Shown piece by piece: positions 18,201-27,935 of a DNA stretch of 64,000 nucleotides. This DNA comes from Terrimicrobiaceae bacterium (GTDB lineage Bacteria > Verrucomicrobiota > Verrucomicrobiia > Chthoniobacterales > Terrimicrobiaceae). Within the stretch, counting starts at the first letter, position 1. Every line of letters begins with the position of its first letter. The stretch covers positions 29,876-93,875 of the forward strand of contig JBGSVZ010000036.1 of assembly GCA_041752695.1 (NCBI GenBank), in the 5' to 3' direction. Under the pieces are notes generated by a model that was not told the origin of the DNA, searched no databases, and saw only the letters and a list, made by a program, of their open reading frames with translations. Position numbers and translations under genes: made by a program.

Positions 18201-20975
18201 CAGCGCGGGGTCGCCCATGTGGTTCATGTAGAGCGAACCGTGGTAGTCGCCGTTGTTTTGAGCGTTAAATTTGTAAGTGTAGGGGCCGCCGCTGGCACCC
18301 GTGGTCCAGCCGCGATTGTTGATGCTCTGCTTCATCATGTCACCCGCGTCGAGGCCCATGCCCATGCGGTGGTAGATGTAGCGCAGGCCCCAGATATTCC
18401 AGGTGTAGCTTAGCGTGAAGTTATCCTCGGAGAGCGACTTCTGCATGATGTTGGAACTCGAGGAGAGGAGATACGCCTCATACCAATAGCCCCAGTGGCT
18501 CTGCATGCCGGTCCAGAAAACGGCGCGACCACCGACACCTCCGGAGGGACCGCCATTGCCCTTGAAATAGAAAAGATATGGTCCGTTCTGGATGCTGTAG
18601 AGCTGATCGGCGTCCTGGCCGCTCTTGACGCGGGGCAGCATGGAGTTGGTGATAAACTCCACGTTGTTCATGCCGACCACGCCGGGCATGGATTGCAGCT
18701 GGGTCTCTCGCTCGTTCGGGTAGGTCAAGCGATCCACGACCCGGCGGCCGGGCTGAAAGTCCGCGCTGGCAATTTTGTAGCGGTGGAGTTTTCCGAAATA
18801 GGTGCGCAGCGCCTCGGTCTCCGTCTGAATACCCAAGGATAAATCAATGCGGCCAAACCCGAGCTCGGTTTTACCGCCGCTGCCGACATCCGACATCTTC
18901 CGTTGGTCGAATTGCCCGTCGCCCGGGATATTCGCGGTAGCGCTGGAAGTCTGGTTGGAAGAAATATCCGTCCAATCCGTGCCGATCACACCGTCCGTGT
19001 CGGCGTAGAATGCGTCGGTGCCATAAGGGGCGACGTTGCCGTGGCCGTCCGCACCCGCGCCGTCACTGAGACCACTCCGGGCGACCGGCACTTTGCCAAT
19101 CATGGCCAGGTTTTTCAGCTCGCCCGGGTAGGCGCTGTTCACAGCCTGGATGGCGCTGCGGATGAGCAGGTGATAATCGGTCAGGGTGGAACTCGCCGCG
19201 GCAGAGGCGCCGCTTCCGCCGGACGCAGGCACGAGAGTAAGGGATTCGCCGGCGGCGAAGGTGGCGGGCAGAACAACCGAGAGTCCGGTGACCGAGCCGG
19301 AGGGTGCGATAAGCGAGCCTGTGGCGGTGGCGCCGCTGGTGGCCCCCGTGATGGTCACGCGCTCATTGTCGCGATAACCGGATCCGCCGGCGGTAACGTT
19401 GACCTTTCGACCGACGTTGGAATTGTCCACCGTCGCGACCGACACGTTGGCACCGGTGGCGGTGGATTGGAGCCCAGCGAGCTGAACGTAGTTACCGTCC
19501 GTGTAGCCCGCGCCACCCGAGGTGAGGGTGATCGAGGTGATCACGCCGTTGGTCACATTCAGAACGCCTTCGGCGGGCGTGGTGCCGTAGTTAAAAGTCA
19601 CCACATCCCCGTTGACGTAACCCGAACCGCCCGAAACCACTTGCACGGACTGGAGGGCGCCGCCGACCGTGGCGAAGAAGAGCCCTGCTCCCGAACCCGA
19701 TGACGTGCCGGAGAGCGTAAGGGTTTCATCATCGATGAAACCCATCTCGCTGGAGAGCACTTGGATGCCGTTGATCATTCCATCCTGATCCACTTGCAGG
19801 GACACCTGGGCGGTCTTGCCGCTGGTATTGCCCGTCAGGGTGGCGAGATCGCCCGCCGTGTAGCCCGAACCCGTGGTATACATGCCGATCTGCGTAAGCT
19901 TGCCCTGCGCATCGATGTAATCCACGGCCAGCGTGCCCACTCCAGATCCTGTGGTGTGGCCCGTCATAACCAGTTTTTCTCCCTCGATGAAGCCTGCCTG
20001 GCTGTTGCTGATGTTGATGAAGAAATAGATCACGCCCGCCGGATAGTTATAGAGTACGGCCTGCGCGGTTTTGCCGCTGGTCTGACCGGTGAGCGTGACG
20101 GTCTGGCCGTTTGTATAGCCGGAGCCACCCGTGACAGCGTGGGCATATTTTAGCGTTTGCTGGGCGGTGTTCACGCGGCCGATCAAGGTCGCGCCGATTC
20201 CGGTCGCTGTGCCGCCAGAGATGGTGAGCGTCTCGTTGGCGGAGAAGCCCGTGCCGCCGCCGCCATTGGGGATGGTCATCGCGGTGATGACGCCGTTGGT
20301 GGCCGTCAGTTTCCCGCGCGCGGTTTTGCCGGAGGCGTTCGTGAGGGTGACGTAGTCGCTATTCGTGTACCCGGTGCCGCCCGCGTTGAGCTTCAGCGTG
20401 ACGATCGCCCCGTTGCCGAGGGCCGAGTAGTTGGCGGCTCGGGGGACGGGAATTTCGTGCACCGTCCAACCGTCAGCGACGAGGTCGGCTCTGTACTGAG
20501 CAAACTCGGCGGGCAGGCTGGTCAATACGTCCGAGGCCACGACCACGGCCATGCGGCCTTTCGGCTGTGTGCCGTCCACTTTAATGCCGCACAGAATGTA
20601 GCCCGAGGGATAAATCGAATTGGTCGTGGTGCCGGCGGTATTGACGAAGCGATACTCGTAGAGTGTGCCGACGGAAACCGTGCTGTCCGTCCAGACGCCT
20701 TCCGACCCCAGCGTTATACCCGTCGCCACCGCCGTCCCCCATTCGAGCGCCGACGCGGATTTACGGTAGATGGTGAAGGTGCCCGGCGCATAGGATTTGA
20801 TCCGGATCTGCGCGGGGCTCTCCTGAACGGTGGCCTCCAGGGGAATGGTTTCGATCGTGCCATCCTGCGCGGTCTGCAGGTTGGCCTGCGTGTAGGCGCC
20901 AAGATGGGAAAGCCACGCGGAAAACCAAACCACTACAACAAAGGCACGCAACAAAGGGGGGATGCACGGACGCAT
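15216..20975 (-). CDS. Very large secreted/surface protein (~1919 aa): FN3-like, C25/gingipain-like core split by glycine-rich repeats, Ig-like, PKD-like and LamG domains, Verrucomicrobia-type C-terminal domain
   Basis: Signal peptide from MRPC; LPAGLALSSAGVLSGTPT (Ig-like); WSKVSGPG (PKD-like); QWYHLGVVFDG..LQLYING..GSIDEVRIYNRALS (LamG); DGMANLVKYALGLNP..KRFMRLRV. Confidence 0.85.
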   Translation of the reverse strand: MRPCIPPLLRAFVVVVWFSAWLSHLGAYTQANLQTAQDGTIETIPLEATVQESPAQIRIKSYAPGTFTIYRKSASALEWGTAVATGITLGSEGVWTDSTVSVGTLYEYRFVNTAGTTTNSIYPSGYILCGIKVDGTQPKGRMAVVVASDVLTSLPAEFAQYRADLVADGWTVHEIPVPRAANYSALGNGAIVTLKLNAGGTGYTNSDYVTLTNASGKTARGKLTATNGVITAMTIPNGGGGTGFSANETLTISGGTATGIGATLIGRVNTAQQTLKYAHAVTGGSGYTNGQTVTLTGQTSGKTAQAVLYNYPAGVIYFFINISNSQAGFIEGEKLVMTGHTTGSGVGTLAVDYIDAQGKLTQIGMYTTGSGYTAGDLATLTGNTSGKTAQVSLQVDQDGMINGIQVLSSEMGFIDDETLTLSGTSSGSGAGLFFATVGGALQSVQVVSGGSGYVNGDVVTFNYGTTPAEGVLNVTNGVITSITLTSGGAGYTDGNYVQLAGLQSTATGANVSVATVDNSNVGRKVNVTAGGSGYRDNERVTITGATSGATATGSLIAPSGSVTGLSVVLPATFAAGESLTLVPASGGSGASAAASSTLTDYHLLIRSAIQAVNSAYPGELKNLAMIGKVPVARSGLSDGAGADGHGNVAPYGTDAFYADTDGVIGTDWTDISSNQTSSATANIPGDGQFDQRKMSDVGSGGKTELGFGRIDLSLGIQTETEALRTYFGKLHRYKIASADFQPGRRVVDRLTYPNERETQLQSMPGVVGMNNVEFITNSMLPRVKSGQDADQLYSIQNGPYLFYFKGNGGPSGGVGGRAVFWTGMQSHWGYWYEAYLLSSSSNIMQKSLSEDNFTLSYTWNIWGLRYIYHRMGMGLDAGDMMKQSINNRGWTTGASGGPYTYKFNAQNNGDYHGSLYMNHMGDPALRLFMFEPPTALSVVKTTGNPVLTWTASPAPQILGYHIYRAANASAPFTRLTETPITGTSYTDASVTSGSHVYLVRAVRLETTGGGTFYNASLGATQSINIDAAPTAVSISTTSLPTFNWNSPRSVTFVAQGGVPQYGWSLVSGELPAGLALSSAGVLSGTPTATGTFTFTARVTDQLNQTATQAFTLTVDSVSATVLYPEATTYTDKAKPAASFGAEEFGYISGVSTNLFETFHRYDLSGLATNNSFVCATLYLYVTTGAATGTIANVQANLIADSLDGWIDRGIARPFTGVSNNGAGKTRIACPGHGFTNGTQVSLAGLTGTGAPSFGPYAINVVDADSFDLLTVGFGTWTYDPALAFVSTTSMTYNTRPTSYNTSVPTLTDSGVNTPGTLLQFDVTSYVRETLANDPLKKVSLRFFTATPQMVAVGSANAYGGARPYIVFETTNAPNITVTSPTSNPACIYPGSGILLNTTVTPLPARAGALTLQWSKVSGPGNVTFTSTTSPSTGATFGSVGDYVLRLTAHDGVDQSTRDIAVRVLAAPVSGPADSSLKLRLSLDETTGSTAADSSGMTPTTNGVLVNSPAWNTSGRIAGALTCATGLQRVEVADSSTNSNPLDGFGKMSISMWIKPTSLPVGGSSYYGVITKRLGAFNKESYRIELRGSTDGSSSPVYVTIGGGTTLQSATTLTAGQWYHLGVVFDGALTSNNLQLYINGSPNRFITISPTSVPRYNTSPLKVGANDLFDFIGSIDEVRIYNRALSLSEIQDLSAASPANMGPVVSAGASISGNAGEFLALSGTAMDDGLPAALTLGWSLSGGPGNAAFGNAAATATSVNFSLAGNYALMLTANDGAISTWATTTASIAAASGIDAWRMNYFGTTDDSGNRADAASAANDGMANLVKYALGLNPNLPATAASAGLILEVQAIDGSDYLSYTFTGTASDVTYIVEAKSDLGSTWTPLYTHGGSAPGTVRVDDTQALSTATKRFMRLRVTRP

Positions 20976-21134
20976 TGGCACACGTTCCCGTATTTTGAGC
21001 CAGAGTGCAATCCTGATATCAATCCTGAGATGTAAGGTCCCGATTTTCATCAGTCGAAGGGGAAAATCGTCCGTGCGGGGCCTGGCGCGAAGGATGCTTG
21101 CCACGCTAGAACCGTTCTTTTTAACTCACCAGCC

Positions 21135-22283
21135 ATGTCCACGGAATCAGCATCAGGGTATTCACGGAAAAATCCGTTTCCGGCCACGCTTACGGTCAAC
21201 AAAAAGCTCACGGCAGAGGGGTCAAACAAGGACACCCGCCATTTCGAAATTTCGCTCGCCGGGTCCGGCTTGGATTACGAAGTTGGCGATTCGTTGGGAG
21301 TGTTTCCCTCCAACGAGCCCGCGCTGGTCGACAAGCTTCTCGAAACGCTGGGGTTCAGCGGCGATGAGGTTGTTCCCAACGCGGACAAGATTCCTATGCC
21401 CCTCCGCGAGGCGCTTTCCAAGAGTTACGTGATCAGCACGCCCGACAAAAAGCTTCTAGGCGCCATCGCGGAAAAAGACTCGTCGGCGGTGTTTCTGAAG
21501 GACCTTCTGGACCCCGCGTTCAAGACCAGCCTCGAGGAATACATCTGGGGCCGCGACCTTCTGGACCCGCTCTTGGAATTCACCGCCGCGAAGTTTACGC
21601 CGGAGGAATTTGTGGCCTGTCTGCGCAAGCTGCAGCCCCGTCTCTATTCGATCGCGTCGTCTCGCAAGGTCGTCGGAGAAAATGTCCATCTCACCGTGGC
21701 GGTCGTGCGCTACACGTCTTACGACCGTCCCCGTGCGGGGGTCGCCTCGTCCTTTCTCGCTGAGCGCGCGGACGGGCAGGGCGCCATCCCGGTTTTTTAT
21801 CACACCGCGAAACATTTCCGCGTGCCCGAAGATCCCGCCACGGCGATGATCATGGTCGGCCCCGGCACCGGCATCGCGCCCTTCCGCGCCATGCTCCAGG
21901 AGCGCAAGGCCTCCGGCGCCTCCGGTAAAAACTGGCTCTTCTTTGGCGAGCAACAAGCAAAGTCCGACTTCTTTTACCAGGACGAATTCGAAGGCTACCA
22001 GGCGGACGGGACCCTGGCAAAATTCACCACCGCCTTTTCCCGCGATCAGGCGGAAAAAATTTACGTCCAGCACCGCATTCTGGAAAATGCCGAAGCGTTC
22101 TACGACTGGCTGGAAAATGGCGCCATCTTTTACATCTGCGGCGACGCCGCGCGCATGGCCAAGGATGTGGACACGGCCATTCACCAGGTTGTGGAAAAGG
22201 TTGGCGGGAAAACGACCGAGCAGGCGAAGGAGTATGTGGACGCCCTGAAAAAGGACAAACGCTACCGCAAGGACGTTTATTGA
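21135..22283 (+). CDS. cysJ: Sulfite reductase flavoprotein-like FAD/NADPH reductase (CysJ-like, no flavodoxin domain)
   Basis: YSRKNPF, PRLYSIASS, GVASSFL, MVGPGTGIAPFR, KIYVQHR, YICGDA, RYRKDVY. Confidence 0.8.
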   Translation: MSTESASGYSRKNPFPATLTVNKKLTAEGSNKDTRHFEISLAGSGLDYEVGDSLGVFPSNEPALVDKLLETLGFSGDEVVPNADKIPMPLREALSKSYVISTPDKKLLGAIAEKDSSAVFLKDLLDPAFKTSLEEYIWGRDLLDPLLEFTAAKFTPEEFVACLRKLQPRLYSIASSRKVVGENVHLTVAVVRYTSYDRPRAGVASSFLAERADGQGAIPVFYHTAKHFRVPEDPATAMIMVGPGTGIAPFRAMLQERKASGASGKNWLFFGEQQAKSDFFYQDEFEGYQADGTLAKFTTAFSRDQAEKIYVQHRILENAEAFYDWLENGAIFYICGDAARMAKDVDTAIHQVVEKVGGKTTEQAKEYVDALKKDKRYRKDVY

Positions 22284-22308
22284 ACACGTGCCAGCGGGCG
22301 CTGGCCGG

Positions 22309-22417
22309 GTAGCCTGCACGCAGTGCAGCCCGCAGGGCGTCACTTGCCGGGAGGCAAGGACGGCAACACGTCGGTGGTCCGAATACCAAGGCTCCATCGG
22401 CTCACGCCGACGGCTAC
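22309..22417. repeat. Inverted pair of GTAG-tagged REP-like hairpins
   Basis: GTAGCC-TGCAC-gca-GTGCA at 22309; on the minus strand GTAGCCG-TCGGC-gtga-GCCGA starting at 22417. Confidence 0.45.
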
Positions 22418-22541
22418 GTAGCCGCGTTCGACAGAACGTGGTTGGAGGGAACTTTCCTCACACGCGAAAAAGGACGGCAACGCGTCGGAAGTTTGACGGC
22501 GGGCGTGGCTTTGCCTCATCTTCACCGACCCGCGTTCCACC

Positions 22542-23945
22542 ATGAATAAACCACCCGCTTCCGACCACCGACCTCCGACTTCCATCCATTTCCTCGGGAT
22601 CTGCGGCACGGCCATGGGCTCCGTGGCGGCCGCCATGCGCGACGGAGGGTTTACCGTGACCGGGCAGGACGACAATGTCTATCCGCCCATGTCCACCTTT
22701 CTGGAAGGCAAGGGGATCACGATCACCAAAGGGTTTGCTCCCGGCGACATCCCGGACGCCGATGTCATCGTGGTGGGCAACGCCATGTCGCGCGGGAATC
22801 CGGCCGTGGAGGCTGTGCTCAACCGTAAGTTGTACTACCTCTCGCTCCCGGAAACGCTGAAACAGTTCTTCCTCCGCGGACGCCACAACCTGGTCGTCAC
22901 CGGCACCCATGGGAAAACCACGACCACGTCGCTGCTCACCTGGATCTTCGAGAGTGCCGGACGCGCGCCGAGTTGGATGATCGGCGGCATTCCGGAAAAT
23001 CTCGGCCAGGGTTCCTGCCTGCGGGACTCGAAATATTTCATCCTCGAAGGAGACGAGTACGACACGGCGTTTTTCGACAAGCGCTCGAAGTTCATCCATT
23101 ACCTGCCCGAACTGGTGATCGTGAACAATATCGAGTTCGATCATGCAGACATCTACGACGATCTCGAAGCGATCAAGTTAACCTTCCGCCGCCTGCTCAA
23201 TATCGTGCCGGGCGACGGCATGGTGCTGCTTAACGCGGACGATCCCAATTGCCTCGATGTCGCCAAGACCTGCCCCGCGCCGATTGTCGAAGTGGGCTTT
23301 TCCGAGAATGCAGCCAATTGCATTCGCAACGCCCGGCAGTCGGGCGGCATTTCCTCCTTCGAACTTCTGGGCACAACCTTCGAGGTGCCTCTCATCGGTG
23401 ATTTTAACATCCGCAACGCAGCCATGGCGGCTTCGGCGGCGCATTTTTACGGCATCTCAATCCCGGAAATTCAGCAGGCTCTCGCCACGTTCAAAGGCAT
23501 CAAACGCCGCCAGGAGGTGCGTGGCGTGGTCCGCGGCATCACCATCATGGACGACTTTGGCCATCACCCGACGGCCATTCGTGAAACCCTCTCCGGACTC
23601 GACCAACGTTACCCGGGTTCGCGCCTCTGGGCGATTTTTGAGCCGCGCTCCAACACCACACGACGGGCCGTCTTCCAGCACGATCTGCCCAAGGCTTTTG
23701 TCCGCGCCGATGGCGTCTTCATCGCTCAGGTCGCCCGCCTCGACCAGCTTCCGGAAGCGGACCGTCTGAATCCCGAGCAGGTCGTGGCCGATATCGCCGC
23801 GATGGGCAAACCCGCGTTTTACGAACCGACCGCCGATGCGATCATCGAAAAACTCAAACCGCTTGCCCAATCCGGCGACGTGGTGGTGGTCTTCAGCAAC
23901 GGTGGCTTCGACGGCATCCACCAAAAGCTGATCGACCGGCTTTAG
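22542..23945 (+). CDS. mpl: Murein peptide ligase (UDP-MurNAc:L-Ala-gamma-D-Glu-mDAP ligase)
   Basis: IHFLGICGTAM, VYPPMS, GTHGKTTT, EGDEYDTAFFDKRSKF, EFDHADIY, DDFGHHPTAI, EPRSNT, SNGGFDGIH. Confidence 0.95.
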   Translation: MNKPPASDHRPPTSIHFLGICGTAMGSVAAAMRDGGFTVTGQDDNVYPPMSTFLEGKGITITKGFAPGDIPDADVIVVGNAMSRGNPAVEAVLNRKLYYLSLPETLKQFFLRGRHNLVVTGTHGKTTTTSLLTWIFESAGRAPSWMIGGIPENLGQGSCLRDSKYFILEGDEYDTAFFDKRSKFIHYLPELVIVNNIEFDHADIYDDLEAIKLTFRRLLNIVPGDGMVLLNADDPNCLDVAKTCPAPIVEVGFSENAANCIRNARQSGGISSFELLGTTFEVPLIGDFNIRNAAMAASAAHFYGISIPEIQQALATFKGIKRRQEVRGVVRGITIMDDFGHHPTAIRETLSGLDQRYPGSRLWAIFEPRSNTTRRAVFQHDLPKAFVRADGVFIAQVARLDQLPEADRLNPEQVVADIAAMGKPAFYEPTADAIIEKLKPLAQSGDVVVVFSNGGFDGIHQKLIDRL

Positions 23946-23988
23946 GCCAGTCCCGCGCGGAAGCGTTGAGCTAAGACCGCTGTGCGGG

Positions 23989-24861
23989 TTATGGCTGGTC
24001 GGCGCATTCAGATAGACCGGGGAGGGGTTCCGGGCAACCCCAGTTTTTTGTCCGCCACTCACGAGGGCTCAGCCCATGGGCCTGGCGGAATTTGCGGGAA
24101 AAATGGAACGGATTGGCGAACCCGCAGCGGTCGGCGATTTCGCCGATGGAAAGTCCGGTGTGAGAGAGCCAGTCCCGCGCGGCTTCCAGGCGCCGACGGT
24201 AGAGCATCCGGGTGGGCGACTCCCTCTTACGTTCCCGGAAAAGCTTGAGCAAATGCTGATTCGAGACGCCTCCGGCGCGGGCGAGGTCCGTGAGGGTGAG
24301 CGGGCGGGCGAATTCACGGGAGATAAAATGGGACACTTTGGCCACGGCCTCGTCCCCGCCTGTCGCAGGAGGGCCGCCCGCCTGCGCGGCCAGGGCGAAG
24401 TCGCAGAACATGGCCATACCGAGGTCGAGTAGGAAGCGGGTTTCGAGCGTTTCCTGCGCAGCCCGCTCCCGGTGGCTGCCGAGAGCGAGTTCGAGCAGCG
24501 AAACCATCGCCCCGGTGAAAGGCACGGGACCCCGTGAGTCGCGGAAGAGTTCCTGTTGGGCCCGCGGCACCGCCTGCGGCTTGATGGCACACCAACTATG
24601 CCGGCTTTCACGCACCCGGGAGAAATGGAAAATCTCCTGATTTCCGGGGCTGAGGAGGACGGCGGTTCCGGCCGCCAGGGAGAGGAACGCCCGGTTCACC
24701 CGCAGATCGAGCGAGCCGGAATGCAGGATCACCATCTGAAAGTCCCTCTGCACCCGGGGCCCCAACATCCCGCCGGGCTCGTAAAGGACATCGCCGAAAG
24801 TCACCGGGCCCCGGGTTATGTTAAAATTCATCCGGGATAGGTTTTTGATGGTTCTGGGCAT
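23989..24861 (-). CDS. AraC-family transcriptional regulator
   Basis: LGPRVQRDFQ cupin start; SIGEIADRCGFANPFHFSRKFR; start may be 24831. Confidence 0.88.
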   Translation of the reverse strand: MPRTIKNLSRMNFNITRGPVTFGDVLYEPGGMLGPRVQRDFQMVILHSGSLDLRVNRAFLSLAAGTAVLLSPGNQEIFHFSRVRESRHSWCAIKPQAVPRAQQELFRDSRGPVPFTGAMVSLLELALGSHRERAAQETLETRFLLDLGMAMFCDFALAAQAGGPPATGGDEAVAKVSHFISREFARPLTLTDLARAGGVSNQHLLKLFRERKRESPTRMLYRRRLEAARDWLSHTGLSIGEIADRCGFANPFHFSRKFRQAHGLSPREWRTKNWGCPEPLPGLSECADQP

Positions 24862-24896
24862 GGCAATTTTTGGCTTATCGCACGAATCTCCGGCGC

Positions 24897-25910
24897 ATGA
24901 CAACGCTCAACCCCGAACGCCTCTCCCCCGACGAACTTTCCGCCCGCCTTGGCCCCTGGGGGTCCTGGCCAAAGGATGGCACCCTGCCCGCCGGCTATTT
25001 CGAACCGCCGCTCGACGACAGTGTCGCCGGCTTTTTTCAAAGGAACGGCTACCTGGTTTTGCACGAGGCGCTGTCCCCGGAGGAAGTTGGACAGCTCAAG
25101 GAGGAAACCACCCGGCTCAGCCGCAACGCGGACGGCGCGATTGAGGGCATCGATCCGGTCCCGGCGGAGATTTCTGACGCCGATGCGATGAAGCGCGTGC
25201 TCTGCATCCATTTTCCCCACAAGCTTTCCCGCGTCTTCCACGAGGCTCTGGCGCAGCCGGCCGTCGTTGATGTCCTCACGCGGGTCGTGGGCCCGAATGT
25301 GAAATGCATGCAGTCGATGCTTTTCCTGAAAGCCTCGGGAAAAGCCGGCCAGGCCTGGCACCAGGATGAGGACTACATTCCCACCCGCGACCGCTCCTTG
25401 ATCGGCGCCTGGATTGCGCTTGATGATGCCACGGTCGAAAACGGCTGTCTCTGGGTGCTCCCCGGCTCGCACCAGCGGGGCATCCTCTGGCCGCAGAAGT
25501 TCCATTTTGACAAACGCTTCGATTGCTCGCGCGAGTCCTACAATTTTCCCTGGAAGGACGAAGACTCGGTTCCTGTCGAGGTGAAGGCGGGCTCCGTGGT
25601 GTTTTTCAACGGGTACCTGCTCCACCGCTCCCTGCCGAATCGCGCGCAGACCGGTTTTCGTCGCTCGCTGGTGAACCACTACATGAGCGCCGAGTCCTTC
25701 CTGCCCTGGGCCCGGCCCGACGAAAAAACCAGCATGGCCACGGCGGACTATCGCGACATCGTCATGGTGGCGGGTACGGATCCCTACGCCTACAAAGGAA
25801 CGCAGGAAGTGGCCAAGGCTTGGGTCCGTCCCAGCGGCGAGGGTGGTTGCGCGGACTGGACCAACGAATCCCAGATCAAACTCGCCGCGGAGCACAAAGC
25901 CGGCAAGTGA
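24897..25910 (+). CDS. Phytanoyl-CoA dioxygenase family (Fe/2OG) protein
   Basis: AWHQD (HxD), AWIALDDATVENGCLWVLPGSH, LLHRSLPN. Confidence 0.9.
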   Translation: MTTLNPERLSPDELSARLGPWGSWPKDGTLPAGYFEPPLDDSVAGFFQRNGYLVLHEALSPEEVGQLKEETTRLSRNADGAIEGIDPVPAEISDADAMKRVLCIHFPHKLSRVFHEALAQPAVVDVLTRVVGPNVKCMQSMLFLKASGKAGQAWHQDEDYIPTRDRSLIGAWIALDDATVENGCLWVLPGSHQRGILWPQKFHFDKRFDCSRESYNFPWKDEDSVPVEVKAGSVVFFNGYLLHRSLPNRAQTGFRRSLVNHYMSAESFLPWARPDEKTSMATADYRDIVMVAGTDPYAYKGTQEVAKAWVRPSGEGGCADWTNESQIKLAAEHKAGK

Positions 25911-26023
25911 GCGAAGAGAGGGAACCGCGGTCGCTCCTGAGCCTTGTTTCAAGTACCGCTCCGATTTTCGCACCAGGCGAAAAAAAGGATTCCCCGCCAC
26001 GGTTCGGCGCGCGTAGGTGATGC

Positions 26024-26815
26024 ATGCCTGAACTCGCCGAGGTTGAATACTTTCGCAAACAATGGGAGCCCGGCTTGGGGAAGGTCGTCAGCCGAGTGGC
26101 CTGGCACCCCCGGGCTCGTCTTTTCCGCGGGATTGATCCTGACGCTTTTGTCGGATCCCTCACCGGCGCCCGTCTGCGTTCGTCGTCGGCGCACGGCAAG
26201 CAGATGCTCTTTCGCTTCGATCGGGCCAGTCTGGGGATTCATCTCGGCATGACGGGAAAGCTCAGCGTCGAGCCGCCGGATTTCGTCCCGGGGAAACACG
26301 ACCACCTTGTGCTCTTCCAGAAAACGCACGCCCTGGTCTTTACAGATTTTAGGCTTTTCGGTCGGGTGCTTTTTCATCCCGGGCCGGGCGAACCGGACTG
26401 GTGGGCGACGCGCCCGCCCGACATTCTTTCACCCGCCTTCACCAAAACGATACTTGGCGAGTTCCTCACCCGTCGAAAAGGTGCCCCGCTCAAGGCGGTG
26501 CTGCTCATGCAGGAACGCTTCCCGGGGGTCGGCAATTGGATGGCCGACGAGATCCTCTGGCGGGCCCGTCTGCTCCCGGCGAAACGCAGTGGGACCCTCC
26601 GCGAACAAGATGTGAATATCTTGTGGAAAGAGACCCGCGAAGTCTGTCGTCAAGCCCTTCGCGTCATCGGCACGGATTTCTCCGATCCACCCGATTCCTG
26701 GCTATTCCCACACCGCTGGGCAAAGGGCGGGGCGTGCCCCCGCTGTGGCCTCGACCTTCACCGCGCTACCGTGGGTGGAAGAACGACATGCTGGTGTGCA
26801 CACTGTCAGAAGTAA
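26024..26815 (+). CDS. mutM: Fpg/Nei family DNA glycosylase
   Basis: MPELAEVE, HGKQM, IHLGMTG, GVGNWMADE, C-terminal zinc finger CPRC..CAHCQ. Confidence 0.85.
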   Translation: MPELAEVEYFRKQWEPGLGKVVSRVAWHPRARLFRGIDPDAFVGSLTGARLRSSSAHGKQMLFRFDRASLGIHLGMTGKLSVEPPDFVPGKHDHLVLFQKTHALVFTDFRLFGRVLFHPGPGEPDWWATRPPDILSPAFTKTILGEFLTRRKGAPLKAVLLMQERFPGVGNWMADEILWRARLLPAKRSGTLREQDVNILWKETREVCRQALRVIGTDFSDPPDSWLFPHRWAKGGACPRCGLDLHRATVGGRTTCWCAHCQK

Positions 26816-27203
26816 GTAAAAATGTTGTAAGTCTTTTGTAATGATCGATTTACGGAAAGTAAGTTCGGCACCCATTGCCCTCAGGATCGTCCTCTCCCCG
26901 GGGGAACCGCTTCGCAAGATTTTCACCGGGGCGTCCCAAGCCCCATCGATAAAGCCTCGCCCGACCCGGAGCGGTTCCCGATCCCACAAAACCTTGCTCC
27001 ACGGAGTTCGTCGCCCGCCGCGCCTTTGTTTATGAGGCTGTGAACAGCTTTTTCGCAACCCGCCTCCCTGATAGTCCAGTAGGGGATTGGCCTTCGCAAA
27101 GAGATCGCGTTTCCGGCAAGACATTTTTTTCTGTCGATTCCCTTCTTCCTTTCGCGAACTTTAGCGTGTTTTGCAGGCAGGACTTCCGTTTACTTTCCGC
27201 CCC

Positions 27204-27866
27204 ATGGTTCATCTCAAAGCCACCGACCTCAAACGTTCCTTCCAGATCGGCAAGACCCGCATTGATGTGTTGAAGGGCATTTCTCTGGAAATCACCCAGG
27301 GCGAGATGGTGTTTTTCTGCGGGGCCTCCGGCGCTGGGAAAACGACCTTGCTTTACACCGTCGCCGGTCTGGAGCGCCCCGAGGCGGGAAGGGTGCATTT
27401 TGAAGAGACCGACATCTACGCGATGAGCACCGACCGGCTGGCCACGCTCCGCAATCAGCGCATGGGTTTTGTTTTTCAATCGTATTTTCTGCTCCCCGAA
27501 CTCACCGCTTTGGAGAATGTCCTCCTGCCCGCCATGATGGGCGGGCGGGCGCGTCAGCCTCAAGCCGAGGCCCTGCTGGACCGCGTTGGCCTGAAGGACC
27601 GGTTGAACCATCTACCCTCCGAGCTTAGTGGCGGCGAGCAGCAGCGCGTCGCCATCGCGCGTTCGCTGATCAACGATCCTACCATCCTTTTCGCCGATGA
27701 ACCCACCGGCAATCTCGATTCTCACACCGGTGCCACCATTATCGACCTGCTTCTGGGGGTAGCACGGGAAGACAAGCGTACGCTTCTCGTCGTCACCCAC
27801 GACGAAGTCCTCGCCCGGCGCGGTGACCGTCTCCTGCGCATTGAGGATGGCATGATCGCAGTCTAG
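27204..27866 (+). CDS. ABC transporter ATP-binding protein (LolD-like)
   Basis: [35 protein letters not shown]. Confidence 0.9.
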   Translation: MVHLKATDLKRSFQIGKTRIDVLKGISLEITQGEMVFFCGASGAGKTTLLYTVAGLERPEAGRVHFEETDIYAMSTDRLATLRNQRMGFVFQSYFLLPELTALENVLLPAMMGGRARQPQAEALLDRVGLKDRLNHLPSELSGGEQQRVAIARSLINDPTILFADEPTGNLDSHTGATIIDLLLGVAREDKRTLLVVTHDEVLARRGDRLLRIEDGMIAV

Positions 27867-27935
27867 CCTCCCCTGTCCGTTGTTCGGCGCGCAAAAAGGA
27901 TGCCATTCCCCCCAACGCGGGCTATTCACGTTGGC

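Noticed and set aside
26816..27200. Long intergenic region as a structured RNA or replication origin
   Set aside because: No recognisable RNA family motif; only one weak DnaA-box-like word
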